A DNA stretch of 64,000 nt. Origin: Monocercomonoides exilis PA203 (lineage: Eukaryota > Protista > Preaxostyla). Positions 51,158 through 63,600 of the stretch are shown here, one piece after another (positions within the stretch are counted from its first letter, which is position 1; every line of letters begins with the position of its first letter). The position numbers and the translations under genes are program-made. The stretch is from assembly GCA_001643675.2 (NCBI GenBank), contig LSRY02000001.1, forward strand, positions 1,302,001 through 1,366,000, given 5' to 3'. The notes under the pieces are model-generated. The model made no database searches. It worked only from the letters and a program-made list of their open reading frames with translations, and had not been told where the DNA came from.

Positions 51158-52624
51158 ATGACAGAATTTAGGAGCAGGCGTCATGTCCTTGTTCCATGGG
51201 TTGAAAAATTCAGGCCAAAATCCTTAAAGGATGTTGTGTCGCAAGATGTTCTTGTTGCTTCACTGCATAAGTTTATTGAAGCTGGAACAGTTTGCTCTTA
51301 TAGAAATGATAATCTACAATTTAATTGTTTGCCTTACGATAGCTTCCGCATCTGCTGTTTTATGGTCCGCCTGGAACAGGAAAAACTTCAGTTATTCTTG
51401 CATTGGCCCATGATCTTTTTGGGTTTTGAAATTTCATTCATTTTTTTACAAAATACTCTTTTCATGCTATGTTCATTCGAATGTTTGCATGTAATATTTT
51501 TAGCCCTGAAATGTTTAGACAACGAGTAATGGAGTTAAATGCATCCGATGAAAGAGGAATTGATGCAATTCGAGAAAAAGTCAAAAGATTTGCTCAGCAA
51601 TCCATTTCTGCAAAGCCAGAAGGATATCCATTTCCCTGCCCACCATTCAAATTAATTATTCTTGATGAAGCAGATTCATTAACGACAGACGCTCAAAATG
51701 CGCTTCGTCGAGTGATTGAAGTTCACACTCGAGTAACTCGATTTTGCTTAATCTGTAATTATGTTTCAAAGTATTGTATTTCGTACTTTTTTATAAACTT
51801 CAATGTTTGCATTTTTTTACAAACTATTAAAGAATTATTGATCCACTGGCTTCTCGATGCGCCAAATCTCGATTTTTCCCATTGCCGAAAGAGATATCAC
51901 TGGAAAGATTGAAGCACATTTGCAATACTGAAGGAGTGAAATGTGGAGATGAAGTTTGAATTATCTTTCTTCACTTTTTTTAAAAAAAGTAATTTGCTTT
52001 TATTTCAATTCATTTCATTATTTCATTTATTGATAATATGAAGGAATTGATAAGATTGAATGAGCTTAGCAAGGGAGATCTTCGTCGTGCAATTACACTT
52101 CTTCATTCTGCTCATCGACTCTACAGAGACGATATTACAATTGACGGTATAATGGACATGGCTGGGGTATTCTTTTTGTTCTTTTCTTATTCATTAATCA
52201 TACTTTTATATGTGTGCTTTTTTTAACAATGAAAGATCGTTCCACAAGAGATTATTGATGAATTGATTGGATGTGTAATCGAAGATCATTCATATGACCA
52301 TCTGACATCAATTCTAAATACAATAAAGAGAAAAGGGTATTCTGCTCAGCAGGTGCTGGAACAGGTTTGATGAAGCGTTCATTTTTTTTACTTAATGAAG
52401 AGAAATTTTTCACAATTTTTTAATACTTACTATTTATGAATAAATAACAAATCCAACAGACAATTGAGGAAATCATTAAAAATACTTCAATTTCTGATGC
52501 ACAGAAGGCTCAAATTGGATTTCAAACAGCACAAACAGAAAAAGCGCTGCTTGATGGTGCAAACGAAGAGATGCAACTGAAAAGCCTGTTTTCTTTCATT
52601 CTTTCACTCACTTTCAAAGGATGA
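51158..52624 (+). CDS. RFC4: Replication factor C small subunit (human RFC4/yeast Rfc2 type), multi-exon
   Basis: [64 protein letters not shown]. Confidence 0.93.
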
Positions 52625-52811
52625 AATGAAAGTTCCCAAGTCAACTGTTTTCATGTCACCATATCACAAACACTCCACAACAACACAAAAGCATCACAAA
52701 AAAAATTCAGACTGAAAATATTTAGTGAAATGAAAATGAGGTGAAATGATTTAGAATGTGTCATTGCATGTTTAATGAAACGGCTATTTTTCGACAAAGA
52801 ATAAAGTTGCA

Positions 52812-54865
52812 TTATCTCCCCCATTTCACGCCAAGTTCCGACAATGGGGATTTTCTGCTTTTCCCTCCTCTACCTCCCCCTCTTCCTCCCCCTCTTCCTC
52901 CTCTTCCACCTCCTCTTCCACTTCCTCTTCCACTTCCTCTTCCTCTTCCGCCTGATTGCCCTCTCATGCCCGGGTGTTCTCCAGCTGCGTTCCTTCTTCC
53001 TCCCATTCGTCTTTCCTTTCTTCGCTCTTTTCTTCTTTCCTTTGATTGCTTCATTTGCCCAATTCTTTTCTTGCTTCCGTCATCTCTTCTGCTACCCTTA
53101 TGACCACTTCTGTAGCCAGGCTGAATGTCATCTTCAATCTCGCTCTCCTCTGACCCTCCTTCGTCAATCATCACTCTCTCAACGTGCCGATTCTGCGCGA
53201 ACAAAACAATAAAATTTCAAGAGTAATAACATCAATAAGCCATTCATATAAACAATATGATAAAAGAAAAAAAAAACAACGAAATACCGAAGATTGATAT
53301 CTGTCTCTTTCATTTGAACGAGAATGGCGCGATTTTCTGCCTTCATCTTCGTTTTCATCGTCTTCTGAAGGCAGTTCGTACGGCCCTTCTTCATCGAAGA
53401 TGCCAACGCCTTTCTTTTTCGCTCCGCCAGCACCTGGCTTCTTGAAGTAGTCAGAGCTATTCATTTCCTCGTCTTCAGATCCAAAATCTGACTGGTCCAT
53501 ATCTTCTCTATCTCCTCCAAAATCTAAATCTCCTTGTTCGCTTCCTTCTTCCTCCTCATCTCCTTCCGTTCCAAAAGAATAATCTCTGCTTTTCTTTCCT
53601 GAAGATGCAGCATAATCGCTTTCGCTTCTTCTCTTTTTTCCTCTTCCGATGGTCGAATCCAAAAGGGTGTCAACTTCTCCAACATCGCTAAGAAGGCGCT
53701 CAAGCTGCTTCTCCATGGTGGGAAAGTGGACAGACGAAGACGATGACAAAGTCGACGAAAGAGCATCCATTTTCTATTAAAATTAATTTGCAGAAAAAAA
53801 AGCACAGATGAAGCATTGTATGTCAAAAAGTGTAATAAAACTTTTTTTTCTTTCTTCGAGAGGGTAACACGAGTAAATGATTCTTCCTCAAACTGCTCTC
53901 TTTCTTCCATTCGCGCACGCTCAGCAGGGCTTAAAAGGCTAAGTATTTGCTCAGAAGATGACTGAACAATGCCTGGCCTCTAAAAAACATCATATAAAAG
54001 TTCAAGTTTGTGTTTTTAAAAAATGAATGTTGTTATATCAAATAAAGTTGAGACGGACATCTTCAAGTTCGTTTCTAAATTCTTCAACTACTTTACTCTT
54101 TGCCATTCTGTTTGTCATGAAATCATCTTTTCTCTGCTTCTTATCTATTATTTAAATGTTGAAAAAAAAATTGCAAAACAAAGTATAAAATAAAAATAAA
54201 AATGAATAAAAAAATAAACCTTTTTTCTCAGAAAGATCAACCGGCCTAATTTTTGGCGGCTCATATAATGCTGATGAAGTATCGTTCTCTTCTGTGTTAT
54301 CTAAAAATATGAAGTTTCATAAAAACTAATTCCATACATCAGACTATGATTAAAGCATACCTTCGCTGGTAGGAATTTTTGAAATTATCATTTGCGGCCT
54401 TGGCTTATATTTTAAGAGAGAAGCTCCAGTTGAGCTTGGTCTTCCAAGTGTTGCAACTTTGAGAAGTTTTTCAATTTGATGCTCATATTTAGTATCAAGC
54501 GTATCCAGTTTTTCAATGTAAACTCGATTTTCTGCAAGAGGAAGTAAGATATCATCTCGATAATCAGTTAAATCTTCTCCTTCAACTTTCACGTTAAAAT
54601 ATGCAGCGACCAATGTTAAATATTCTGACAGAAGAACATTTTTAGCATCTAAAAATTGCAGTCCCTTGCCAATCCCTTCTGGATCACTTTAAGAATTGAA
54701 AATTGTGTAAATATTAAAAAATCAGATGATTCGAGTAATAATATCTTTCTATAATCTAATATACCATTTGACCGATTTAAGTTTTTGCGTTAACGATTCT
54801 GCAGCTGAGGAAAAAGAATCCAGAACTTGAATAAGTTCTTTTTCTTCATTATTTGATATTGTCAT
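52812..54865 (-). CDS. NGDN: Neuroguidin/Lcp5 (Sas10/Utp3/C1D family) SSU processome factor with an acidic and RGG-rich tail
   Basis: GLQFLDAKNVLL, ENRVYIEKLDTLDTKYEHQIEKLLK, LKYKPRP, IYEPPKI, EEREQFEEESFTRVTLSKKEKK; multiple short introns. Confidence 0.8.
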
Positions 54866-55073
54866 TTCACAGAAAAATATAATTGGACAAGATCATATTA
54901 TGAAAAAAATTAAATAAAATTTCACAAAATATTATCATTTAATCATCATTAAATTGATAAAAGATAAATCTTCCTTCTCAATTTAAATCTAAATTTGATC
55001 TAATTATTGTAGAAAATTAATTTCAAATCTTCGCTGTTATCCGTTGTTGAATTTTCTTTCTTAAGATAAATTT

Positions 55074-56832
55074 TCAAGTAATATCTTTCTCCGTCGCAAA
55101 GAATTTTTGCAATGTGAAAACAATTTTGTGGACTTGCTGATTCCGCATTTGTTCCAATTCGTGAAGAATTTCAATTCCATTCTCATCCTCAAATTGCGTT
55201 GCATAAATATTCTCACTTCCTTTGACTTCATCTGAAGTAATGTTCTCCTCTGAAGGTAATTCCACACCCATATCGCAATCAGCAGCGGAGTGTTCAACAA
55301 AATTCAGCGGTTCTTTTCCCATCACTTCTTCTGATATTATGCTGTCTTTCATTTGTTGTTGATCTCCAAGCTGTATCATTTTTAAAAGAAATTGCAGGCA
55401 GCGAAGAACCAGATTGGCATATCCTTCATCGACAGGCTCCTCTTCTTCACTGCAATTTTCATTCTCTTCATCGGAATCTTCATCGCCAATTCTGGAACAT
55501 TGAAAGCGAATATCTGCATCAGAATCTTTTTGATGTGAACGGTACATTTTGTGCTTTTCTGCTTTTTCGTCTTCTTCAAGTGCCTTTGTCTTCAGCTTCT
55601 CGATCAGCTGGCATACTCCGCCAACAACGTTCCATGCTCCCAATTGCTTCAAAAGATCGGCTCCTTTTTCTGCAACGCTTTCAATCACGTAGAATGCTTC
55701 CTTCTGCTCCTCTTCGATCTCTGATAAAAGCAGGCATATCACCCAAGGTATCAAATTTGACTCAAACAAAGCATTTGCATGATGGACGGATCCGCATGCA
55801 ATGTTCGAGAGGATTCGAAGAGCCGTGCAAATCAAAGAAGATGGAGGCGGATGAGTGCGAGTCGAAGAGATCAAAGGACGGATATTTTGAAGTGCCTCTG
55901 CTGCCAAAATTTTCTCGGTATGAACTTCATTTCCCCAATAGATCATTGTTCCGACCACTCTTAATGATGCCTCCACGAGAGAATAATTGCCGACTCTAAT
56001 CGTTTTAATAATTATGTAACATAACATTAACAAAAAATTAAAACCACAAAAAATTTTTGCTCAGTTGTCGTTTTGAATAAAAAAGGGATGCAAACGAAAA
56101 TAGTTCAATTAACCTTTGTAAAACTTCATCACAAAATATCAGATTCAGAGTGGCTTCTGAACGTATTAATGATTCGAGTGAAAAGCAGATCACCTCAACA
56201 ATAACGATTCCCCGTTCGTTCATTTCTATTTGCCATTGAAGCGCACTTTTTAAAAATGAAATCACTATTTGAGAATCATCATTAAATAATTCTTCTTGTG
56301 AAAAAGAAGCCATAAGCCATGTTAATGCTTCACATTCGTTATTGATTTTCCCATCGTTGTCTGCTGATCCAACAACACGAGCTATGTCCAGGCGCAATCT
56401 CTTTAAAAATCCATCAGCCAATAATAATTTCCTGCTTGAAGAGTTACGAAGCAAAATTGGGACCAGCGCCGAAATAGCTTCGCTATGAATAAGTGGATGT
56501 GATGTCATAATAACATCGTTAATTATTTGGACATAACCCCTAGAAATAAGGATAGAAACTTTATCAGGATATTCATATCCAAGCTTTGAAATTATTCTAC
56601 AAGCAGTTATTTTATCATTTTGTGAAATGATAGAATGTGAACATAACGCATGCAAATCAGATAATTGTTGCTCGAAGTTGAAATCATTTAATTCCACGGA
56701 ATATGTGAAAGACTTTGAATGCTCAGAGTTTCGAAGCTCTTGCAAATCTTGTAGCCTTTTATTCCTTCTAAATTTTTCTACAAAAATTTTCCTTTTTAAT
56801 GCACGACATGAGCTTGTATTTTCTACATTCAT
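55074..56832 (-). CDS. Importin-alpha-like ARM-repeat protein (divergent)
   Basis: IBB-like basic N-terminus (KFRRNKRLQDLQELR) and ARM motifs SLRVVGTMIYWGNEVHT, LRILSNIACGS, QKEAFYVI, FEDENGIEILHELEQ; one intron near 55997-56096. Confidence 0.7.
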
Positions 56833-57146
56833 AATTTTTAACGAAAAATATATAAAAATAAATATTATAGATTTTATCCTTCATCAAAAAAAACTCAGGT
56901 ATATTCCGATTTACCGTGATAGTAGCTAATCTCACGAGCGTGTTTTCTCTCCTCCGATGTCCAGCTCTCCATTTAACTCTTCAAAAAACAATGTTTGTAT
57001 ATGAAAACTAGATCAAAAATGCCAATATTTTTTAAGAATTCATAAAAAATTCTTTCTCTCGACTTTGAAATTTCAAATATTGATGTAAACAATAAATTTA
57101 TTAAGCCTGTCTGACCTGACAAATCATTTTTTGCCTCGTCCGTCAC

Positions 57147-57179
<33 letters not shown>

Positions 57180-57407
57180 GAAGATATTGTGTCAGTCTGC
57201 ATATTCATTAAATGTTCATGGAAATATTTTTCGTCACAATTAATGCTTTTGATGAAGATCTTGAGAGTTTTTATTTAATTATGATTATTTGTCTCGCTCG
57301 TTTTTTTTCCAACTTTCATTTTCTGTCAATTTTTATCCATTGGTTTTTGAATCATGCAAAATTATTTTTTTTTTTGTTTCAATTCTTTAATTATTTATAA
57401 AAACATC

Positions 57408-57472
57408 TTTATTTTATTTTATTTTATTTTATTTTATTTTATTTTATTTTATTTTATTTTTATTTTTATTTT

Positions 57473-57509
<37 letters not shown>
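57408..57509 (+). repeat. (ATTTT)n microsatellite followed by poly(T)
   Basis: Seen directly. Confidence 0.9.
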
Positions 57510-57511
<2 letters not shown>

Positions 57512-57634
57512 AAAGAACCTTTAATTTCATTGAGTGATTATTTTTGTAATCATAACTTTTTTGGAGTGTTAATTATTCCAAAATTTTGTTTCTTGGAAGA
57601 GGAATTATTCTTTTGAAGAAAAAAAAGCATTATG

Positions 57635-58010
57635 CAGTTTGCGCAAAATAAACCGGACAAGATCGATTTCTCAATAACTGTAAGAGGAATAATTCTATCA
57701 ATTTTCATCAAAATATATCTCATCAACACAAGTTCATCTTTCATTCAAGACTTTCAAAACAGCTTCATTTGTGCTCTGAGAAAAAAAATTTCAAAATCTC
57801 AGAGATATTGGATTTTGAGTTTCTCCGGGAAAATAAAAATTATTTTCTCTGAGCACAAATGAGGCTATTTTGAAAGTATTGTATGTCACATGAGTTTGCA
57901 TTAATGAAATGTATTTTGAGGAAAATTGTCAGAATTATTCCTCTTGCGGTTATTGAGATTCAATCTTGTCCGGATTTTTTTGCGATGTCCGGTCTTTTTT
58001 GCGCAAACTG
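57635..58010. mobile_element. Foldback MITE family B (~375 bp, long imperfect inverted arms)
   Basis: Ends CAGTTTGCGCAAAA ... TTTTGCGCAAACTG|TA. Arms pair over ~150 bp, which explains the mirror-image ORFs 57550-57744(-) and 57883-58161(+). Confidence 0.85.
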
Positions 58011-58870
58011 TAATTGTTTGAAAAAACGATATTCGAAAACATATGGGGGAAAATATGGACTTTCAAGCTTTTTATGCACAAAGCATGAAAAAATCGTTTC
58101 ATTTAAAACATTATTAAACTTTATCACATATCAAAATAAATTTGATTTTCATATCTGTTAACAGGTATCGTTGAAATCAAAACATATAGTTTTGTGATCT
58201 CTAACGTGTTTCAAAAAATGAACTAATTTTGTTGAAATTTATTGTTCACAACAAGTTTATCTGAAGTGCTAATTTTTTCAATGATAATGCCTGAAGTCAA
58301 ATATTTTGTCCCATATAAGAAAAAAAAGCAAAATTTTGAGCAGTAATAATTTTTTAGGATCGATTAATCTGCATTAAAGAGAAGACTCAGACCGAAATAT
58401 TTAATGGAAAAAATATGCATTCAAAAATATTTACACAATTAAGTGACTATTTTTTTTATCTCATACACCAAAAATCATTCTTCTTCAAATAATTATCATT
58501 CATTTTTGAAAAATAATAATTCAATTTCGTTATTTATTAATTCGATTTGGATAAAGAATAATTCGAGTTCTGAAAGATAATTTATAGTTTGTGGAACGAA
58601 TAACTTTAGTTTTGACGTTGAAATTCTTTTCATTATTATCTCATCAGAACACTTTGTTTATCAATATAAGAAAAATAATGAATTCTCAAATAAGAAAAAA
58701 TCATTCATTTTGATTGAAAATAGTTTAATAAAAGTCAATTTAAAAAGAAAATGAATTCATTTTCATGTAAATAGTTGATGGTTTTCAAAATTTCACCAAA
58801 GAAACTTAAAAATTATTGGAAAAAAATACTTGTCTTTTATTATTTGATAAACATGATTGAAAATTTACTG

Positions 58871-59320
58871 CAGTCTGAACCGGATATAATCACATCGGTT
58901 TTTGCACAACTTTTTGTAACTATATCCGATTGTGATTATACACGATAATGCTCAACACAGAAAAAAATTTATATTAATTTTTAAAATAATAAATTTTGAG
59001 TCGATTTTTTTATTCTTGGAAATTCTTAACAAACACTCGTTTTTCAGCATCAACAACAATTATTATCATAAATACACATAATTCTGACTTATATGAGCAC
59101 ATTTTTGAAAAAGCGAAAAATTGAAAATTCTGATCAAAAAATCGATTTTTCAATGAAAAATCCACCCATAATGAAACAAAATGTGATTAAATGTTTTCTC
59201 ACCTGTGATTATATGCGATTGAAAATGAATGAAATATAGGTCTGAAATGTCGGTGCATCGAAAAATGTGACAAAATACGAAAGTGATAATATTCGACGTG
59301 ATAATATCCGGTTTTGACTG
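58871..59320. mobile_element. MITE family C (~450 bp, pogo/Tc1-like TIRs)
   Basis: Left CAGTCTGAACCGGATATAATCACATCG versus reverse complement of the right end CAGTCAAAACCGGATATTATCACGTCG; TA on the right flank. Confidence 0.8.
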
Positions 59321-59456
59321 TATTTCCTTCAGGTTATTCAAATGAATGATATATTTGCAATTAATTTATCATTCGAGTAATGTTTTTTGATATTGAAAAA
59401 AACTTCAAAAAACTGATTAATTTGTAATTTCAATTATAAAACAATTTTCTTTGAGA

Positions 59457-59718
59457 TATGGGAGATTATTTTTGAAATCATATTTTTTCACTCGAATATT
59501 TCGGTTCCAAAATTTCCCTTGAATATCATTAAAATAACACTGAAAAGAGAAATGGATTATTAAAGATATCATCGTTTTTGATTCAGATAAAACATTTGTC
59601 TTAGATATATTTCTGATAATTTTTTACATTTTTATGCAAAATCTCTTCCCGGTAACAAACAACCTTCGAAAAATAAACACTCCGAATAAAGTTATGTTTT
59701 CAAAAATAATCACCCATA
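59457..59718. mobile_element. MITE family A, copy 2
   Basis: TATGGGAGATTATTTTTGAAATCATA ... TATGTTTTCAAAAATAATCACCCATA|TA; internal sequence colinear with 24195-24452. Confidence 0.85.
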
Positions 59719-59861
59719 TAATATTTGTGTGGGAGAAAAATAACTTGGAATTTTCTGAAATCCATCCTTAAGATAAATTGAAATTTTTATTTTAATGAAT
59801 TTCGAATTTGTTTTATTTATTTTTTGAAAATGAATTATTGCTCTTCGAATTAGAATTATTT

Positions 59862-60466
59862 TTAGTGCATAACATGCAACTTATAGAATTTCAACAGGAG
59901 GCTTTTCTTACACCATTTCCCACCTATTTGAAACAGGTTATCCATTGAAATGAATATTTTCAGGTATTGTTTAATATCTTTTTCACTAAAATATACTCAA
60001 AAAATCTACACAATGTGGGTTTTCTATTGTTCATTTTGATTTAAAGATAAAAAAATGGTTTTAAGAATAACATAACACTGTTCAGGTTAAATTTTTATGC
60101 GTTTCTGACTATATTTCAAATGCGTTGTTTTATTTTTTTGAAAACATTGATTCAACATATCGAGACATTCCAACATTCTCATCAACTTTACCGAAAGATG
60201 CCACTACCCCCAGGAGTTTTTTTTTCTTGTTTTCTTATGCTCAATTTTATATCAAAACAATGAAAGGCTTCAATCAAGTTAAAAACCTTCAAGAGTGTTG
60301 TTTTTTTGAATCTTCTTTTTGGTTAACATTGCAAATAGTTACAGGGTTTATCACTTACAATTAGTCACCTGTTGCATTTATCAATAATTATCTAATTTTG
60401 AATTCATTTCCCCACCCCATCTTCTTTCAGAACTTTAATTAATGGTGGAAATCATAACATTTCCAT
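59862..60466 (-). other. Candidate 3-exon gene (~162 codons) with 10 in-frame stops
   Basis: ATG at 60466, phase-0 GT-AG introns 60286-60226 and 60078-60024. Head-to-head with the 60603 gene. The last 44 codons are stop-free. Confidence 0.4.
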
Positions 60467-60602
60467 TTATGAAAAACGAATGTTGAAATCAAAAAACTCA
60501 TCGATTTTCGTTTAGCTTTCAATAAAAATAAATAACAATAATGCTAAGTTTGATCAATTTAAAAACATTAAATCTATCAGATCAAATTGATTTTTATTTC
60601 AG

Positions 60603-63600
60603 ATGAACATGCATTTGTTTCTTTTGGCATTTCTTTTCCTGACAAAAGCGTTGAATGGACAAGACAAAATTGGAATTGCCACATTGAAAAAGCACAATGA
60701 TTGGAAAACTTTTATTTCTCACAATTATCATTATTATCCTTATAGAGTTGTGAAAGAAGATAAGCTTTATTCCTCAAATAACAATATTTGTTCCTTGTTT
60801 GAACAGAGAAATATTTTTGTAAAGAAAGTTTTGCATTCAGGAATTTCTTCAGTAATTGGCACATTTTTCACATTTGCCAATTCTTCAGTTGGACTGAAAA
60901 GTATAGTATTTGAATATACGTTGTCGCCATCAATGCGAATTTCTGACAAATCAGCCACTTTGATTGATTCATGCATTTTCCACCAAAAATCTGCTTCTCC
61001 CTTTGTTTTGCAAAGTGGGTCAATCAGCATGGTGAATTTGAGTTTGATCCCCCAAAAGAGTCTTAACCCATCCAGTCTCATATTTTCATCTGATGATTCC
61101 AATTCAGCCATTTTGAGCAATTCCATCATCACAGACCTGGCTGTTTCAGCTTCAGACAATTTCCTGTTATCAGGAAAGAGCAAAAGTGAACAGATCATTA
61201 ATTGTGCCTTCAGGAACATGTCTGTGAAATATGCCGCGAATAGCGATCATTTTGTGGAACATTCATGTTATCGAAGTTCAATGGAGAACTGCCTCATTTA
61301 TTCGTGTGTGAATGTCTTTGAAGGAGGGATCTCGAGTGGATCATATTCTTCTCAGGAATTCATCTGCAAAAACACAACAATAAACTTCGGGAAAAGAGAA
61401 ATGAATGCTCTTCAGAAAAAGGGACAAATTAATTCAACGGAAAGCCAATCCTTTTCATTGTGTGAATGGGAAGATTGTACAGCACCGCAAGGAGGTGCTC
61501 TATATGTTCATGACAACGCAAGTGCCATTCTCACTGTTGAGAATTCTTCATTCACAAGATGCAGTGCTTCATCAACAAGAGGAGGAGGAATTTACGCTTT
61601 GAAAATTGCAGAATGCATTGTTCTTCATTCCTCATTTGCTCAATGTTCAGCAGCCGCAACAACAAATCAGGGAGGCGGGGGTATTCAGTTTGAAACAATA
61701 TTTACACAGCCAATGGTTGACAATTGCTTTTTCAGAAACTGCTCATCTGGAAATGATGGAGGAGCAATTGAACTTCTTTCACCTGAAACCCAATTGCAAA
61801 AGAAATGCGTCGTTAATTCCTTTTTCATAAACTGCCAATGTAATGGATCGACAGATGGCACGGGAGGTGCAATGGAGAATTACAAATGCATAGCTCAAGT
61901 TATTATCTCGAATTGTTTGTTTTGCAATTGCTATTCAATGTGTGGAGGAGGCGCAGTGAGCCAACAAATTAATGATAAAAATAAAGGAATTTTGCTGTAT
62001 TATTGTTTTTTCCACAACAATACATGTGTTGCAGGAGGGCATGATGTTGCTCTCCATGATTCTACTGAAAACAACATTGATCCAAGTTGTCACACAACAA
62101 GGAAAACAACAAATATTGTGAGTACTAACTACTACACAGTTATGGATAAAAGCGAATGGCTTCGTAACGAAGGTGGAAGAGTGAGATATGTCTCATCGGA
62201 ACAAATATGGCCGAATGCCAAAGATGCATTTGCATGTGGAATAAATGAATCTCATCCATGCGGCACTATCAGCCATTGCTTGACTCAACTTATTCCAGGA
62301 TATGTGACCGAAATCGAAGTTTTTTCAGGAATTATTTTCGAAACAAATAGTTTTGATTGTGGAGTCAACACTTTTACTGTTTATGGTCAAAGCAATATGA
62401 GCACAGCAATCCATACAGAATTTGAAACATCTGGGTTGTCTCTGTTTTCAGTCTCAACAGGCACATTGACTGTCAGGGACTTTGTTCTTGTGCATGACTC
62501 GGCTCATCCGAATAACCGTGGGTCAAGGCTGTTTGAGATAAGTGGAGCAGGAGAAATGAGGATCAACAGACTGAACATATCTTTTGGGAGCGGACAATCA
62601 GCAGAAACAGCTTTTTCGACAGAACTGATAAATGTCCAGAATGGGATGTTGCAGATGGAACATGTGAACTGGGCAAAGACGATTTCCACAAATTCACTGT
62701 TTTCGCTTTCTTCAACAAATGAGATTTCAATGACACTTTCAGAATGTGCCTTTGATGGGATTGAGAGAACAACGAGCGGAGCAGCAGTGATGTCGTTTTC
62801 GAATAACAAGGCAAACATTGTTGTGAATTCGAGCACTTTTGAAGGATGTGGAAGCACAACATCAGAAAATGGAGGATCGATGATGCTGTGTGTTGGGAAT
62901 GGAAATGAAGTGAAAGTGAAAGGTGGATCTTTTGGGGAATGCTTTTGCTCAGCAACAGATGGACTTGGGGGAGGAATTCTTCTTCGATTGTTGACTGAAA
63001 ACCCAGATTTCCAGATTTCTTCCTCATTTGGATCAAACACAGCCAAATGTGGGAATGATATCTTTCTAATTTCACCAAATCTGGAAAAAACAGCAAAATC
63101 AGAAAACATCACATGTGTGACAGCCTCTTTGGATTCTGTTGAGAAGGTGAGAGGATATGACAATGGAAATACAACTTTGGCTATCCCTCTGTGCATCTAT
63201 CTCCTCCCTATTCCAGAAGAAATATATGTGAGCAATTCTGAGGCATCCAATCACTCACATTGCGGAATTGTCCAATTCCCATGTTTGACAATGAAGCACT
63301 CCCTCGCACGGTTGACAGGAGAAAAGAAAGTTGTTGTGAATGGAATGATTATGATGAGTGATGAATTGGCCTTGAAAGAAAAGAAACATGAAATCCGAGG
63401 AAATGATGATGAAAGTGGTTGGACAGTCTCTGATTCAAGTGAGACATCCAATTCAGCGATGATTTCAGCAAATGTTGAAACAGAATTAACAAAACTCATC
63501 TTTTCTTTTCCATCTTCCCTTCCTCTTCACTCCACTTTCATTTCTTCTTCATCATCATCAATGACTCTGTCTCAATGTTCGCTTTCTCTTCAAAATCCAT

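Noticed and set aside
52812-52960. GGA/GGAAGA repeats as a DNA repeat element
   Set aside because: They encode the RGG tail of the neuroguidin-like protein.
57550-58161. Pair of similar small ORFs on opposite strands
   Set aside because: Artefact of the inverted arms of the foldback MITE.
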